In this document: positions 17,324 through 32,217 of the stretch, in pieces
Position numbering within the stretch: position 1 is the first letter of the stretch
Layout: every line of letters begins with the position of its first letter
NCBI RefSeq assembly: GCF_009914755.1
Contig: NC_060931.1
Reading direction: 5' to 3' (one strand)
Origin: the human T2T-CHM13v2.0 reference genome, Homo sapiens
DNA: 64,000 bases
Made by a program: the position numbers and the translations under genes
The notes under the pieces: model-generated
What the model saw: the letters and a program-made list of their open reading frames with translations, nothing else
What the model was told of the DNA's origin: nothing
Database searches by the model: none

Positions 17324-17958
17324 AATAATGATCTTTTCTTTCCTCACTAGCAGGGTCTTCACAGTTCATCATCCAAGGTTAGGTTAAGTAGAAAAGCAGA
17401 AGTTAAATTATCTTTGCTAAAATGACTTTTTGGAAAAGGTTATTAATCACATAGTAGCTTGATAAATAAATCCACTCAGAACATACTGCCATGTACCAGC
17501 AAGTTGGAAAATGAACAGTCTTCATAAATTATGCAGAATGGTATTGGTTTGCATGCATTAACAGCAATGTTCTCATTAAACTTGGGCCAGGAAAAACCAC
17601 CATGGTGTTCTGCTTCTACTTTTCACCACATGCGTAAACTGTGCCAACATCAGCCAGCTAAGACATGGGAAGGAAAGGAAACCAAGGCTGTGTAGGGCCC
17701 CTTAGCATCAGGATTTCTGGAAACTTCTCTCTTAGGATCTGTAGTTAATGTTAATTTTATTCCTCTGTCTCAGCCGTCTGTCTCTGTTTCTCCTATTCAT
17801 GTGATGTCTAGAATGGAAAGTCTGGCTCCACTTGAGTTGTGTGTCTGGCTTTGAATCACTGTTGGGGGAAGGGGATGTGCAGGATCAAATAACACAGATG
17901 TGGAGGTTGGTAGTCCCTCTCAGAGTATAGCAAGACTTCAGTACTTTATGCTTAGTGA

Positions 17959-18672
17959 TGTAGTTGCCCAATTAATTCATCTTGCCTACTGCCCGGAAAA
18001 ACCAATGCACTGAGAACAGCAGGTTTTTGCAGCAGAGAGTTGAAAAATCGCAGGGCCAGGCAAACAGAACAAGAGAGGTTATTATTATTCAAATTGGTCT
18101 ATGAAATTTTGGAGACTGGGTTTTGTTTTGTTTTAGGATAATTTGGCAAGCAGTGGGCTAGGGAATAGGAAATGCTGATTGGTTGGATCAGGGATGAAAT
18201 CATAGGGTGTTAAAGCTGTCTTCTTGCACTGTCAGTCCCTGGGTGGGATTACAAGACCAGTTGAGCCATTTTATGGGTCTGGGTGGCGCCAGCTTGTCCA
18301 TTAGAATGCAGGGTCCGAAAAATACCTCAAACACCAATTTTAGTTTTACAATAGTGATGTTATCTGTAGGAGCAACTGGGGAGTAGGAGCAACTGGGGAG
18401 GTTATGAATCTTGTGACCTCTGGCTACATGACTCCTGAGCCATAATTTCTAGTCTCATGGCTAATTTGTTAGTTTTACAAAGGTGGTTTCAAAGGAGGCT
18501 GTAGTTTTGGGAAGGGCTGTTATCATCCTTCCTTTAAACTATAAACTAAATTCCTTCCAAAGTTAGCTTGGCTACTCCCAGGAATGAACAAGCACAGCTT
18601 GGAGGTTAGAAGCAAGATGGAGTCAGCTATGTCAGATTTCTCCTACTGTCATAATTTTGCAAAGCAGTTTCA
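17959..18672 (-). mobile_element. Solo ERV1 LTR, LTR8/LTR8A-like
   Basis: The - strand begins TGAAACTGCTTTGCAAAATTATGACAG...GACTCCATCTTGCTTCTAACC. TG...CA ends and a 4-bp TSD gtga. Confidence 0.8.
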
Positions 18673-18884
18673 GTGATTGATTTACTGATTTTACGTAAGT
18701 ATAAATGAGAGATGGGTATTGAATCAACTAGATGTGTATTTTTAATCTCTAAATTAAAGATTTATTTCTTTAAGTATTAAAAAGGGTGGCTTGGCATTTG
18801 AGGGTTATTGAGGGACCCCTGAAGTGACACTGTATCTAGATAGATCTATCTAGATCTAGCTAGGTAGGTGGATGTTATCTAGTT

Positions 18885-19175
18885 CACCTGGCCGAATGGC
18901 CTTTTTTCAAACCTGCTTTTATTCTGTGATGCCGTGGTTAGTAGTAGCAGTGCAGTCCCAGGTACTTAAGCCAGAAACTGTCATCTTTATTTCTTATGCA
19001 ACCATATCCAGTGAGTTTCCTATTCCTGTACATTTTATCTTACAGACATTGGTCCTTTCAGACCATCTCTTAGTGGTATGCAATAGTACTTAACTTGATT
19101 CGGCTTTGAATTTGACTTTTTGAATATTTTTTCTTTGTATTTATAACTTCTTAGAGGCAGATTCTACCGTAATCA
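18885..19175 (+). repeat. Local duplication copy 1 (about 285 bp, partner of 21583-21878)
   Basis: Collinear near-identity, e.g. ggtacttaagccagaaactgtcatctttatttctt in both copies. Confidence 0.93.
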
Positions 19176-21436
19176 TAGTGTTACTAGCATTGAGGGCTAA
19201 TCTTTTTAATATTTTTTGAGGACTGAAGGACCATAGTTGGGGAGGAGTCACATGAGATGGTCCATGGCTGCTGCTGCTTCTCATATGGCCAACCCCTCAT
19301 GGCTGCAGAGGCCTAAAGAACTCGTGATGGCCTTCTCTCCTTGGCTTCTTCCAGAAGTTGGAATTCTCCCAGCTCTACCACAAAGCTGTTTGCCGGGCTC
19401 CCTTTCTTCCATTCCCTCCCTTTCCTGTATGAACCAGTTGAATTATTTCCACAACCACCTAATGCAATTTAAGTTACTCTTCTGTCACAAAGATGGAATG
19501 TTTTTGTTTTCCTGGGTAATTGGCATATTTTAGCATTTTGGCTCTTTAACTCATTTTTTTTCCTGATGTCCAAGAATGGATGGATAATTGACATAGTCAA
19601 TTATCTATCATCTATCTGCCTTTTTATACTACTAAAATTTCTTATGGTTTTGTTGTTAAAATATCTCTTTAGCTGAAAGTTTCTCTTATGTATCTTATAG
19701 GAAAAGCCAAATTTATTTTCATAAATTGATTTTGAGCAGTGGCAGTTGCTTTCTTAATAACTTGCCCTCTTCTACTCACAGTACTTTTCCATGAGAAATG
19801 TATACAAAAGCATCTAGCCTAACACCTAACACTTGATTGTTAGTTGAGGGTATTAGCTCCCTTTTCCTCTTGATTTGTAAAATATTGGTTTTTATTATAA
19901 ATGTTAAAGTGATACATATTTATCATAGGAAAAGTGGAAAATGCAGGTTAAGTATAATGAAAGTTAGAATCACACAGTTGCTCTACTGTTGACATTATGA
20001 CTTTTTCCCAACAATATTAGCATCGTATTTTTTATTTTCCTGTTTTCATGTAACATAACCAAAAGTATGTTCTCACATTACTAAATTTTAAAAACATAAT
20101 TTTATGACCATAACATTTTATTCTCTGAGTATGCCATAATGTATTTATTAAGCCATTCCCCTGTTTACAAATAGCATTCGTTAAGTTGTCAAACTAATCT
20201 TTTATTTGTTTATGAGCTTTCTAGAGGTAGAGATTTCTCAGTAACTCAGTAAATAGGAACATTTTCAGGCTTTTAAGACATCAGTCCCCACATATAAAAT
20301 CATTCTCCCATCTTAGCTGCCATCCCATCCTGTATGTAGATACCCTGTTCATCTCTCTCAAGATCTTTATTCTAGACCTTCTTTGTCTTTCTTGGGCTCC
20401 AACACCTCACACCAAGATGTCTTACAAGTGGATGCCCTCCTTACCCTGCTTGAGTTTCTGTACCCTGTGCTTGGTCACCCCCACATGTGGTCATCCTTCT
20501 CGCCCTGCTCAGGCTCTGACTCTCCTCACCCCCACAACGTCCTCCTTCACATCCCGCTTGGATTGATACCCCATGCCTGGCTACACACGTGCATCAGGCT
20601 CTCTCCACTGTAGCTCTGGCACCGTGCTTTAGGCCCCCATGGTTCTGCCCCATCTAATGGCTTCAGTGCTGAATTGTTCAGGAGAAGCAGAGGGAAAAGA
20701 GAAAGGAAACTATAAAGATTAAATGAGGAAACTTGCAAGTGCATATTATCATGCCTGGCATACTTGTAGGTGTTTGGTGGTAGAGTATGTGTGGATATTT
20801 AAATTCCGCTCCTGATCCTGGACTTTTGAACCTTGGTGGTAAAAGGAAAAATACAAACATAACCTACTTGACTGCTTCTAATACCAACTCAGCTGCTTAT
20901 GCTCTATCTGGTATCCCTCCAATCACTCTCTCTAGTGGACAATATATTCTGTCTCTCCAAGTGGTTGTTTTTTTACCTTTTTTATTGTCCCCATTCCCCA
21001 AACTCCCCAGCTTCCAAATCTCATCTAATGACTGCCTCCTGTTTAAACGAGATTAAGGTCATTGACATTAATGTATTTAACTGCCATAACCACTTCAAAA
21101 TATTTCAGTATTTTTAGCTCTTCTTGCTTTACCTTTTCTTGAAACTCTTTCCTTGTTTAGCCTTAATTAGTATATTGTCCCAGTCGTCTTCCTACCTATC
21201 CAATTTTTGTAAGTCTCATTACCTGCTTTTGATTCTTCTCCCCTCCATATATATGTTTATCCTTCTTAATATTTTGTTCTTGGTCTCCTTAATGTATTCA
21301 ATTTCCTTAGGTGATCAAATTGACCACATAACATCCAAACACCCAGTTTATGCTGCTGAGGTCCAGATTTTGTACCTTCCCAACTCTCCTGATCTCTAGC
21401 CATAATTCTTGGCTGTCTTATGGCTCCAATGGCTGG

Positions 21437-21591
21437 TTTTGTTTTTTTTTTTTACTTCTTTTTTCTTTTTTTGTAGAGATAGGCTTTCGCCATGTTGCCC
21501 ACGTTGGTCTTGAACTCCTAGACTCAAATAATCTGCTCACCTCGGCCTCCCAAAGTGCTGGGATTATAGATGTGAGCCACTGCACCCAGCC
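21437..21591 (-). mobile_element. Alu left monomer (FLAM-like)
   Basis: Single antisense monomer with a T-rich tail. Confidence 0.85.
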
Positions 21592-21878
21592 AAATGGCCT
21601 TTTTTCAAACCTGCTTTTATTCCAGGATGTCATGGTTAATAGTAGCAGTGCAATCCCAGGTACTTAAGCCAGAAACTGTCATCTTTATTTCTTTCTCATG
21701 CATCCATATCCAGTGAGTTTCCTACTCTTGTACATTTTATCTTACAAACATTGGTCCTTTCAGACCATCTTTCAGCGGTATGCAACAGTACTTACTTGAT
21801 TCTGCTTTGAATTATGACTCTTTGAATATTTTTTTCTTTGGATTTATAACTTCTGAGAGGCAGATTCTACCATAATCA
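21583..21878 (+). repeat. Local duplication copy 2 (partner of 18885-19175)
   Basis: See copy 1. Confidence 0.93.
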
Positions 21879-24113
21879 CTTCTCTTCATTGAAATAAAAA
21901 ATACCTTCAAGACTTTTTTCTAAACTTGAGTCAGTGTTTTACTATGTCATTAACTGGCTTTCCTTGGCAATAGGAGCTTGATCAGGATTCGTGATTTGAT
22001 GATAGGTATGTGGTCTGTAGTATCCTTTTTTGGGGATTCATGCAGAGAATCGTGTCATTTTAGATGATGTTGGGAATATTTTAATTAGCTTTAGCTTTTA
22101 TTACTCATAATGAATGGAATCTTTGATAACTAGCTAGCTTTTAGTATCTGCAGATGAGAATGTGTTTGGTGTTTTGATCCAAATGGCTAGCTAGATATAT
22201 AAATTGACCGAATTCTAGAAATCTGTTTTCTTCCTTGAAAAGTCACATTGTCCCCCAACCAAAAGATTTCAAATCTTAAAAAAAAAAAAATTTATTTCTT
22301 TTAAAATTTGCCTTCTACTCAAGTAGCTTTACTTTTTTTAGTAACACTTTTTAATTATATTCCGATAATGATTTATAGAAAAATAAATAAATGATTGGTT
22401 AAAGCAAAGAGATTTGCAAGTGGTTGCAGAGCAAACTCTTTGCTTATAGTCAATAATATTTATTCCATGGTTTAGACTTCTTTTCCCAATTAGGATATCT
22501 TAAATTTGAATACTTACCCATTTAAGGTCTTCCCGAAATAACACTAGAATTGTAGGGCAGTATTTTTAATGATTGGGTTAAAGGTCTTCTATGGTTTGGC
22601 CTTTCATTATGTTTTTAGAGTTTTAAAAAAAGATTGATTCAGAAAAGTTAGAGATTTGGTAAAATAATTTGGTAGTTGTTATGCATTTGAAAGAGTTGCT
22701 ACCTTTGGACATTTTCTCAGACCACAGCTTTCTGTGTGACATTATCATCATAGTTTATATTGTGTAATTAAATGATTCATCTTCCTCATTTGATCCTCAT
22801 CATTAAAGTCACCTGAGTATCTGACTTATACAAACTTCTTTAGAGGTGTGTGTGCATGTGTGTGTAATTGTCCATTGCACATGTGTGTAATGGACAACTA
22901 GAAACATTGAACAATATGTAGATTAAAATAGAATGTTGTAAAAACAAAAAAAGAATGGGGTAGCACATAAATTGAGTAGTAGGTTAGAAATAAGTCCTAT
23001 TAGGAGCAATTTCAGGATTCAGAGATATTTCTAGGTGGTTCAAGAGACAAATTTGTTCGAGAAGTAGTAGTTATGAGCAAAATCAGTGAAAACCTATTTG
23101 ATATCCAAAGGATTGAGAACTTTACTTTTGAATTAGAAGTCTTAAAGAATGTCAAAATAATTAGTTTCCACTATTTCTGGATGAGATTTGTCTGAAGGTT
23201 ATTCATCATTCTAATGATTTGAAGTGGCCCAGATGTCTCTTATTTTTTGCAATATGAACAGAAGTACTGAGAATAATTGTCAAATGTTCATCATGACCAC
23301 ATAATTTTGGGGATTATAGATATAATTTTCTTTCATTGGTGATTAGTGTTTTATTCTCACATTCACTATTTTGTTCAGTAACTTAACTTTGTTATATCAC
23401 TTAGCCCTCTCGGTTTTCTCTTTTTTACCAAATTTATAGGTAGATAATTATGGCAATGCAAACCATATATTTTTAGCTTTTATTAGTATATTGTATCTTG
23501 GCAAATGTGATCCTGTCAACAAAATGATTTTATTAGCAGCTCCATTTTATCTATAAACTGTAAGCAGTTAACAAAAATATTACACTGTCAATTAATTAGG
23601 AAAAAGACTTTTATCTGCACACCCGTTTTGGCTTTCTTCTTTGTACCTTCTCCCCACACCTTTCTAACTACTCTTATTGCTTCTATCTGATGTTATAGCA
23701 TTGAATCTTTTGTCTCTCTGTAGCCATCCAAATCATTAGTGAGCATAAATATTGTCATAATTAAATATTGTTCAGCTTTAGCAATTTAAAAGTGAAATAA
23801 TTGAAGCCTAGAGAGATTAAGATTTGCCAAGAAAGAAAAGAACTAATATTTTTACAGTGCACCAACTATATACAAGACTATCTTTTTACATTTCAGTTCT
23901 GTGAAATGTGTTTTATTGTCCCCATTATACGGAGGTTGAGAGGTCAAGTACCTTGTCCATGTCCATGAGGCTCTAGTTATGGTGGAGGTAGGATAAAAAT
24001 CCAGGTATCTTAAACAGTCCAGGGTCTTTTCCATTTGTATCAGCAAATATTAAAAGCTGGGGAAAACAAAGTGTTAAAATCCAGCACTCCAAATATGACA
24101 AAGTGTATTTTCT

Positions 24114-24429
24114 TTTCCTTGTTTTCTCTGAGAATTTGTCTTTTTAAAATTAAAAAAGAAAATTTTCAGTAGCTTTTGGGGCACAAGTGGTTTTTGGTTA
24201 CATGATGAATTATATAGTGATGAAGTCTGAGATTTCATTGTACCTGTTACCTGAGTAGTGTACCTTGTACCCAGTATGTAGTTTTTTATCCCTCATCTCC
24301 CCTTCCCACCCTACCCCTTCTGAGTCTCCATAGTCCATTATATCACTCTCTATGCCTTTGTGTACTACCCATAGCTTAGCTCCCACTTATAAGTGAGAAC
24401 TTATGGTATTTGATTTTCCATTCCTGAGT
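24114..24429 (-). mobile_element. 5'-truncated L1 (L1PB-like) 3' end
   Basis: L1 3'UTR motif agctcccacttataagtgagaac. 18-bp TSD tgacaaagtgtattttct at 24096-24113 and 24430-24447. Confidence 0.8.
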
Positions 24430-24480
24430 TGACAAAGTGTATTTTCTGACTGATAACATTTATTTTTTTAAAAAGACTCA

Positions 24481-24942
<462 letters not shown>

Positions 24943-24989
24943 TCAATTTAGAGATGGAAAGAGTCACCAAGGGCTTGTGCATCTCCTTT

Positions 24990-25657
<668 letters not shown>

Positions 25658-26674
25658 TTATTGTTATACTTTTAACAGATACTCTTGCTGACAAAATTAG
25701 ACAGCATTTATCCTGGCACATGATTGGCCTCTGATGTTTGTTGCATGGGGTTCATCTAGGAATAAATTTGGGCTCTGTGTTTTCTTTTTTGTATGGCATT
25801 TAGTGTTTGTGAGAATTAATAGCTTGCTTTTCAGAGTTTCTTAAATGAGATTCAGAGAAAAGAAACTAAACATGGTGGTAGGAAAAATTAGGGCTTTGAC
25901 ATACAGTATTATGATGTATCTGTTCATTAGTTAAGGAAACTAGGTGCTTTAAATATGTTTGCAAATCTGGGTCTCTTTTTGCCTTGCTTATTTTTATTTG
26001 AGAATTCTTAATCTTTTTTCTAAGCACTCAGTCTAATTAAACTATTGATAACTACCTTTTTGAAGCAAGACACCTTGTCTTTGGCCTCTTGATACCTGAG
26101 CCACTGCTGTTCTGAATGTGATAACCTAGGGGTAATTAGATAGCCGAAGAGTAGCTTTTCAAATTGTTTTTCAAAGATACTTCTTTTCTAAAATTCCTAA
26201 GTGATACGTTTCTCATTTCACCATCTAATTATCTAGGTTTTAACATTTGTATTTTTGATACCATCATATTCATAAGAAAGTTGTTTCATAGGAGCCAGAG
26301 CTGACCTTGGCAGATACCTAGACAAAGGCAGTCTTTTTCTCTACCTACCAATCCTCCCGTTTCTTTACGCTTTTCTTTCCTTCCCAGTTTTCCCTTCCTC
26401 CATTTCCCCCTTTCCCTTTTCTTCCTGTTTCCCATTTTGTTTGTCTCAGTGTATAGAAACATATAAAATTAGAGTAATGGTAGGAGGAGGTACATGATTC
26501 TCTATAAAGTTCCTATTCAGTGATAGTAACTTTACTAGTTACTATGGAATATATTAGTTTCTAAGATAGCTAGTTCAAATTACTTTGGAATCCAATAGAC
26601 CTGGGTTCGAATCCTGGTTTATAAAAGTAGTACATCTCCATTGTGGTGAGGGGCAGGGGAGGAAGTGATACAGT

Positions 26675-26974
26675 GGCTGGGCGCAGTGGCTCACACCCGT
26701 AATCCCAGCACTTTGGGAGGCTGAGGTGGGTGGATTGCTTGAGCCCAAGAGTTCAAGGCCACATAGGGAGCAACATAAGGAGCTGTCACCTCTACAAGAC
26801 ATAAAAATTTAGCTGAGCAAGGTGGGGGTGCACCTGTGGTCCCAGGTGCTCAGGAGGCTGAGGTGGGAGGATTGATTGAGCCTGGGAGATCAAGGTTGCA
26901 GTGAGCCAAGATCATGCTACTACACTCCAGTCTGGGTGAAAGAGTGAGACCCTGTCTTTAAAAAAAAAAAAAAA
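26675..26974 (+). mobile_element. Alu (J-like)
   Basis: TSD aagtgatacagt. Confidence 0.9.
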
Positions 26975-28034
26975 GTGATACAGTAACAATGAATATAAGG
27001 CAGAAAGGAAAAGTGCTGTTGTCTTTGGTACTTCTCAGAGGTAATCATTATTAATGATTTTCATGTATCCTTCTAAATATCTGGTGTATATATTTACATA
27101 TATTTAATATAGCATATTAGCTATGTTAATTTCAGTTTTTACAGCATGTATAAAGTGTTCATTTTCCTGTTAGAACAGTCTTCAGTAGGTCAGAAAGCAT
27201 CTAAAGAATATTCATTTAGTTGAATTTTCATCTGTTTGATATTACTAAATTCCAGTATCTCAATTTCTTTTTTTTTTTCCTTTTGACTCTTACCCTTCTT
27301 ACTGCTTTCAGGTTGCTGTTCCATAATTATTGTTGTTGTTTTTTTTTAAATCAGTTTTGACCTCTGTAATGGCTCAAACTTTAGATGAGAAAACATACTA
27401 GAAGTGGAGATGACAGAAAATGATGTTTGTATCTTAAGACTTCAGTCTTCTCAGGGAAGTAGTAACTGGCTAGACATTCTTCCAGGAATGGTGATGGTCA
27501 CAGTAATTAGGAATTAAAGCTTGTGGGAAGAAAATCTTTAATTGACCTTGTTGTCATTAAGAAGAAGGAGTTATTCTAAGGCATTGGTATAGGATTGCCA
27601 GACATGTTACCAAAGATACAGGATGAGTTTGTAGATGACAAAGTGCTTGGTCATCTGGAACCAGGAATGGAAAAGCTGACTGTAGGTCAGCTCTGGGAAT
27701 GAGTGCACCAGAGGCTTAAGCTATTCAGGGCGTCTCTGGGAGTAATAACAAGAACCTTGATAAAGTTGCTTACCATAGCCAAGCACCAGAGAAAGGACTT
27801 CACATTCTCACAATATACAAAACTATTGGCTACAGAATATAAATCAGGATTTCAGAGTCTCCTCTTACATGATGGAACAATGTTTTTCCCTCCTTGAAAC
27901 AGATCATTACTTATGAAGAATATGGTTGGATATCTATACCATTACTTGTACGTTAATTACCTTGGTATATCTCTCTCTGTGTATCTATCAACAAAACATT
28001 ATTTGAGTATATATCCTTTCAAAATGTTAGGTAC

Positions 28035-28327
28035 TTTTTTTTTTGAGACGGAGTTTCACTCTTGTAGCCCAGGCTGGAGTGCAATGGTGCATCTTGGCTT
28101 ACCGCAACTTCCTCCTCCCGGGTTCAAGTGATTCTCCTGCCTCAGCCTCCCAAGTAGCTGGGATTACAGGCGTGCGCCACCACGCCCAGCTAATTTTTTG
28201 TATTTTTAGTAGAGACGGGGTTTCACCATGTTGGCCAGGCTGGTCTGAATGGTCTGACCTCAAGTGATCTACCCACCTCTGCATCCCAAAGTGCTGGGAT
28301 TACGGGCATGAGCCGCTGCGCCCGGCC
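28035..28327 (-). mobile_element. Alu (Sp/Sq-like)
   Basis: TSD aatgttaggtactttt. Confidence 0.9.
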
Positions 28328-29482
28328 TAGAATGTTAGGTACTTTTAAAGAAACCTCTTTTCTGTGAACCTATGGATTATGTTGAATAGGCCCTTTTCTA
28401 AACACACAAACACTGGAGGCATTGGGGGAGGGAGGAGAAAAAGAACAGTTAGGAGGTATCAAAAATTTCGAAGTCGTCAAAATATTACATAGTATTTATT
28501 TCTCAATTGAAGACATACCATCTTATTAAAATCACTGTACCATTAGACAAATGTTACCACTGATCTTCTTTTAATCTTTTGTATGCCATTTTTAAAAAAG
28601 TAGTTATTTTCTTCCTGAGTTTTCTTTCACAGAGAACTATAATTGAACTTGGCCTTGCGATTTAATTTTATGTAGAAGAAATTTGTTAAAAACCACCTGT
28701 CAAACTTATGTGACTCAATCAAGTCTGCCAAGTCTCTCTGAGCAACAGACTGAGACCCTGTCTCAACAAATTAAAAAAAAAAATAAGAGGGATACAGTAA
28801 CAATAATATAAAGCAGAAGGGGAAAGTGCATTATTCGTGTTTAGAGGTAAAATGGAAAATGTGTGTTAATGGAAATATCTGTTAGGGGTAAAATATAAAT
28901 GTTGGAAATGGTTTGGGTATATTTGTGTGTTAGAGGTAAAATAGTTGGAAAACCTGTCCCGTTATTTTTTAACTTTGGTAGCACAGCTCTGCAAATTATT
29001 CTTTATCCATGACCCTAAGTCTTGAGAAGATGGTTATTCTCTTTCCTAGTCCTAAGTGTCACTTCTTTTCTTGCCCTATAATGATTGACAGTAGAATTAT
29101 GTTTCATTCAGGGAAGAGCTTGACTCCAGCCACAGGGGGTCTGATCTACTATCCTGCCAGCTGGGAATAAAGTGAGACTAAAGGCTGGAAGAGATCTTTA
29201 GAATCCCTTCACTCTCACTTCTAGGATCTGGCTACCACTCTGATTTCATGATGCCACTGGTGTACTACACACATATCCCAAGAAACAAACAATTTCAGAG
29301 ATAATTCAGTCTGAATTCATATGTAAGGGTAATTTGTTAAAGGCATACACGTTATTAAGCAAAACCCTGAACATCTCCTTCTGAGACACCTGCATTTAGG
29401 TTAACCAGCGTCCTCACAAAAAAACTACCTCTCCAAAAAAGTAGTCTGTTTGCTTAAGTAACTAAAATGTTCATTCTGGTAG

Positions 29483-29810
<328 letters not shown>

Positions 29811-30427
29811 TATCTGGTAGTATTTCCAAAACAGAAGAAGTCTGCTGCAAAGGAGAACTGATTCCTGCACTTACAGACATTTAATTGCTGTAATTGAGAA
29901 TGAAATTTATCTAGTTTAAAAAAATTAAGACGCGCCCCCCCCCCACCACCATGAGACATTCTATTAACAGTAAAAGTTGCCCTTCCTCTCACCTATCAAA
30001 TCTTTGAATAAATGTGTCTTTCCAGTAAAACAAATCATTTTATCCTGTGGCTTTTTTAATAGGAATGTCTATCCACCCACCTTTAGGATTGCATTCTGCT
30101 ATTTACAGTGAAATATGTCAGCTTTCAAGAAGCATTTCCACTTTTACCTACTGCTTCACTGTGGAGTTTCTTAGGCTTTCTGTACCTTTCTAACCTCGGG
30201 CCTATTAAGTACCATGCTGGAGTTGCACTGAACCTAGTTATGCCAAGGATTGACATCCATTTCTGATTTGGTCTATCGAATAGGATTATTTTATTTTTCC
30301 TGATTTTAGGATTATAGGACATGTATCTACACATTCACTTTCTTGAGTCGCCTAGAAATAAAAATAGTTACTTTGTAGACAAGTTAGGCACCCTTTTGTG
30401 TATGAAAACAAAATACTGCCAAAATAG

Positions 30428-31122
<695 letters not shown>

Positions 31123-31489
31123 TAAAAAAATAAATTACTGCACCTGGCCTAAAAAATAAATTTTTATTTGCATTTAAGCCCAGTTATTCTGAATTATTCT
31201 ATTAGAGCAGAATTATTCATGTGGAATCTATGTTCCCATACTTACCTTTTCTGATTTTAAGGAAGATGACTGATTGATTGAATTTATAATTTAAGAGGAT
31301 GAGGGGCAACTAGTCACCGCAGGTCACCTCTACCATTAGGACTAACCAGTTGGTTGTTGTTTACCTAGAGTTTCTTAATCCTGCTTCATAGAGACTCATG
31401 GCAGTTTTAGTTACATATAAGTATGTTGTTTGGTCTAGGTAGCTTGGTCTAGGTGTTACAATATTTTAATTTTGGGGGTATAATATGGT

Positions 31490-31808
31490 TTTTTGTTGTT
31501 GTTGTTGTTGTTGTTTGTTTTTTGTTTGAGGCAGAATACTCTGCTGCCCTGGCTGGAGTGCAGTGGCATGATCATGGCTCACTGCAGCCTCAACCTCCCA
31601 GGCTCATGCAATCCTCCCACCTCAGTCCCCTGAGTAGCTAGGACTACAAGCATGTGCCACCACACCTAGCTAATTTTTTAATTTTTTGTAGAGACAGGTC
31701 TCACTACATTGCCAAGATTGGTACCAAACTCCTGGGCTCAAGCGATTCTCCCACCTCAACCTCCCAAAGTACTGAGATTGCAGGCAAGAGCCACTCTGCA
31801 CTCAGCCA
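31490..31808 (-). mobile_element. Alu (J-like) with a (gtt)n tail
   Basis: TSD ataatatg(g/a)ttttt. Confidence 0.88.
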
Positions 31809-31915
31809 TAATATGATTTTTAAAATAAAAGAGTCACAGGAAAGTGGTGAAAAAGAGAATAGGATTTACAGGACCAGAAGAATTAATACGAGCAAGATAA
31901 CGTATAAGAGAGAAT

Positions 31916-32217
<302 letters not shown>

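Noticed and set aside
20300-20650. C-rich degenerate repeats (ccctccttaccctgct / tccttctcgccctgctcaggctctgac)
   Set aside because: They resemble the internal repeats of old L1MC-type 3' regions. I cannot assign them confidently and see no sign of anything novel.
27262-27320. Strong-looking 3' splice site (long pyrimidine tract, tttcag at 27311); another at 4740
   Set aside because: No convincing donor or open frame nearby. Such decoy sites are common in T-rich introns.
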